Part shown: piece after piece, positions 24,127 through 26,504 of the stretch | Numbering within the stretch: the stretch's first letter is position 1 | Layout: each line of letters starts with the position of its first letter | Virus record (IMG/VR): IMGVR_UViG_3300033568_000049 | Coordinates: 1-26,504 of that record | DNA from: a virus | Lineage: Duplodnaviria > Caudoviricetes | Direction: 5' to 3' (one strand) | Length of the DNA: 26,504 nucleotides | The notes under the pieces: generated by a model | Told to the model about the DNA's origin: nothing | Seen by the model: only the letters and a program-made list of their open reading frames with translations | The model's database searches: none | Made by a program: the position numbers and the translations under genes

Positions 24127-26273
24127 TGCCGAGCGCGATCGTACTCACCGGCAGGGTCACGACGACGGCGGCCACGGGGCATCCGCTGCAGATCCACATC
24201 AACTCCGCGAGCGACACTGTTCACCCGCTCACCGGCACGATCGACGGAGACGACGCCGCGATCGCCGCGGGCGGCGCGCGCGAGCGACTCCACTACTGGA
24301 GCCTCGAGCTCAACCTCGGCGCCGGCTTCGAGAGCATTCACGAATCCGAGTACCGGGTCCGCTCGATCTCCGCGTCGCGCAGCGACTGGGCCAGGCGCTG
24401 CGAGATCGAGCTCTATGGCGCGCGTTGGAATCCGATGCTCCAGGCGGCCGTGCGTGGAACGATTCCGGTGCGCGTGTCGGTGACGACCGGTGATCCGTCG
24501 CAGCCCGTCACCCGCGTGAAGTTTCGCGGCTACGGCGTCGCGGCGCCGTACAACAAGGACACGAAGACGACGAGCCTCAGCTGCCTCGACGCCGCGAGTC
24601 TCAAGGCCTCGGGGTCGATCGGCCCGTCGAACGAAGCGAACAGCGGAATCACCCGCGAGGCGCTCTTCATCCGCGAGATGGAGGCTGCCGGGATCACCGT
24701 CGGCGCCGTCGATCTCGGCCCCCTCGCGACGACTCCGATCAACAAGCCCTTCAGCCAGGTCGACCTCCGCCCGCTCGACTTCGCCCGCGGCTGGATCGAG
24801 CCCGCGGGCGGGTGGATTCAATTCAACGATGACGACGAGCTCATGGTCGAGCGCTACTCGGCGACGATGCCGCCGGCGCTCATCCTCTCGCCCGATAACG
24901 TCGTGTCGCTTGGACCCCTGACGCCTCCCTCGGCCGTCGCGACGAACAAGTTCACGGCGATCACGATCAACTACGACCGCACCGACCCGACCGGGATCCG
25001 GACGATCTCGTTCTCCCAGACGACGGTCGAGGACTATGCGATCAAAGGCGCCGTCTTCGAGGTGATCTCCGGCGGAGCTCCGTCGCCGGTCTCCTATGGC
25101 GACGCCGTGCCGGTGAGCCGCGTCACCCGCCGCGTCGACACGACGCAGAGCTTCATCGGTGACATGCTCCTCTCGAGCCGCGAGGTCGAGTGGGGGTGGT
25201 ACGCCTGGAACAGCGTGCGCCTCGAGCTCGAGTCCGACGGAACGACCGTCGACGAGGCGACCCTCCTTCACGTCTACCAGTACGCCGACGGCTCCTGGCG
25301 CGCCGAGAAGCGGGAGCAGTGGCGCCCGATCAAGGTGACCGACATCCGGAAGTACCTCAGCTCCACGGCGCTCGTGCCGGGAACGTTCGTCGTTCGCCAG
25401 GTCGAGCAGCGCTCCTTCCCGTTCTTCATCCCGCGTGCGCTCTACGAGCTCACGGGCGGGCCCCCACCGACCGAGACTCAGAACGGAGGAGGGAATCCCA
25501 TCTGGATGACCGAGGACGGCCAGGGCACGATGGAGTTTTACGATGGGCTGCACGCACCGATTGTCTACACCGCGACCGGAGACGTGATCGCCGGCATCCC
25601 GGCCGAGCGCGTGACGACCGAGTGGGTCGTCGACGACGAAGACCTCCTCGTCTCCGAGACGGAAACCGTCGAGGGTTACGCCCGCGGCTCGCAGGTGACC
25701 TCGGCGCGCGCCGGCGGATTCGTCTATGGCTTCGACTCGAAAGAGTACTGGTCCGACGAGGAGGCCTCACTCCAGCCGACATCGATCCGCCGGAAGCGCT
25801 ACCAGAAGATCGACGACGAGTCCTACTTCTACGGCGAATCGGTCACGGAGCCCGCAACGCACAAGGTCGAGACGCTCCCCACGAAGCGCGTGACGTCGAC
25901 CCGCCCGCGGCCGGAGACGATCGAGCCGCGCACGCTTTCCCAGGAGCTCCGGCAGTCGGCCAGCGATCTCGTTCGCATCGCGTTGTGCGGCGTCTTCGAG
26001 GACTTCATCTCGAGCGAGTACTGCCAGGGCGACGCCGATCTCCTCGCGATCGCGCGGTCGAAGCTCCGCGAGGAGTCCTCCTGGTCGTGCCCGTTCATCC
26101 TCCCGATCGATCACATCGCGCGCCCAGGGCACTACGTCGAGCTCGACGGCTACGAAGAGGACGGCCTCGACGGCCTCCGCATGATCATCGACTCGATCGA
26201 CCGCGATCCCGACAGCTGCACGCAGTCGGGCACGCTCCGCTGGTATCCGCCGGAGGTTGCCGATGGCGACTAG
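24126..26273 (+). CDS. Putative baseplate hub / Tal-like protein with large insertion
   Basis: TGATG overlap start at 24126; KFRGYG...LSCLDAAS and GGWIQFNDDDELMV segments; C-terminal IARSKL...RPGHYVEL...MIIDSID hub pattern. Confidence 0.65.
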   Translation: MPSAIVLTGRVTTTAATGHPLQIHINSASDTVHPLTGTIDGDDAAIAAGGARERLHYWSLELNLGAGFESIHESEYRVRSISASRSDWARRCEIELYGARWNPMLQAAVRGTIPVRVSVTTGDPSQPVTRVKFRGYGVAAPYNKDTKTTSLSCLDAASLKASGSIGPSNEANSGITREALFIREMEAAGITVGAVDLGPLATTPINKPFSQVDLRPLDFARGWIEPAGGWIQFNDDDELMVERYSATMPPALILSPDNVVSLGPLTPPSAVATNKFTAITINYDRTDPTGIRTISFSQTTVEDYAIKGAVFEVISGGAPSPVSYGDAVPVSRVTRRVDTTQSFIGDMLLSSREVEWGWYAWNSVRLELESDGTTVDEATLLHVYQYADGSWRAEKREQWRPIKVTDIRKYLSSTALVPGTFVVRQVEQRSFPFFIPRALYELTGGPPPTETQNGGGNPIWMTEDGQGTMEFYDGLHAPIVYTATGDVIAGIPAERVTTEWVVDDEDLLVSETETVEGYARGSQVTSARAGGFVYGFDSKEYWSDEEASLQPTSIRRKRYQKIDDESYFYGESVTEPATHKVETLPTKRVTSTRPRPETIEPRTLSQELRQSASDLVRIALCGVFEDFISSEYCQGDADLLAIARSKLREESSWSCPFILPIDHIARPGHYVELDGYEEDGLDGLRMIIDSIDRDPDSCTQSGTLRWYPPEVADGD

Positions 26274-26504
26274 CCGCACGCTCGAGCAGGACCGCGCGCA
26301 CCGGATCGCGGATTCGAAGACGCGCATCGCGACCGTCATCGAGCGCCGCGACCGCACGACGTACTACCTCGAGGACGTCATCACGAAGCAGCGCTTCTGG
26401 GCGTCGAATGCGAACCCCCAGGACAGCTTCTCCGCGGGGACGCGCGTCAAGGTCGAGCGGCATACAATCGCCACCGGCTCGAACTGGGTGATCATCTCGC
26501 GCGC
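26263..26504 (+). CDS. Tail tip protein, 5' part only (possible OB-fold start)
   Basis: ATG 26263 with SD GGAGG; MATSRTLEQDRAHRIADSKTRIATVIERR...FSAGTRVKV; open to window end. Confidence 0.6.
   Translation, partial: MATSRTLEQDRAHRIADSKTRIATVIERRDRTTYYLEDVITKQRFWASNANPQDSFSAGTRVKVERHTIATGSNWVIISR

Overview
A high-GC (roughly two-thirds G+C by eye) tailed-phage or prophage segment in which all credible genes lie on the + strand. Positions 1-9466 are a tightly coupled early/middle operon: the end of a Gly-X repeat protein, Zn-finger and HTH proteins, a YfdP/YfdQ(DUF2303)-like pair, a DUF1599/Nmad1 protein, a phiC31 Gp3-like protein, VRR-NUC, DUF5131 (Gp37/Gp68), an HNH nuclease, a DUF1376 replication initiator and a membrane protein. 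A ~600 bp mostly non-coding region (G-tract, direct repeats, A/T tracts) is the candidate packaging or late control locus. The rest is a siphovirus-type morphogenesis module: terminases, DUF935 portal, S49 protease with nested scaffold, decoration protein, major capsid, Mu gp36/gpG-like neck, tail tube with two inserted domains, tape measure, Dit-like, hub and a truncated tip gene. The most striking non-coding signals are (i) a double hairpin right after the capsid gene whose two 7-nt loops are perfectly complementary (kissing loop overlapping a terminator), (ii) a recurring TGTTA(A)GGC motif upstream of three late translation starts, and (iii) no tail assembly chaperone between tube and tape measure. 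All family assignments are from motif recognition by eye, not database searches.
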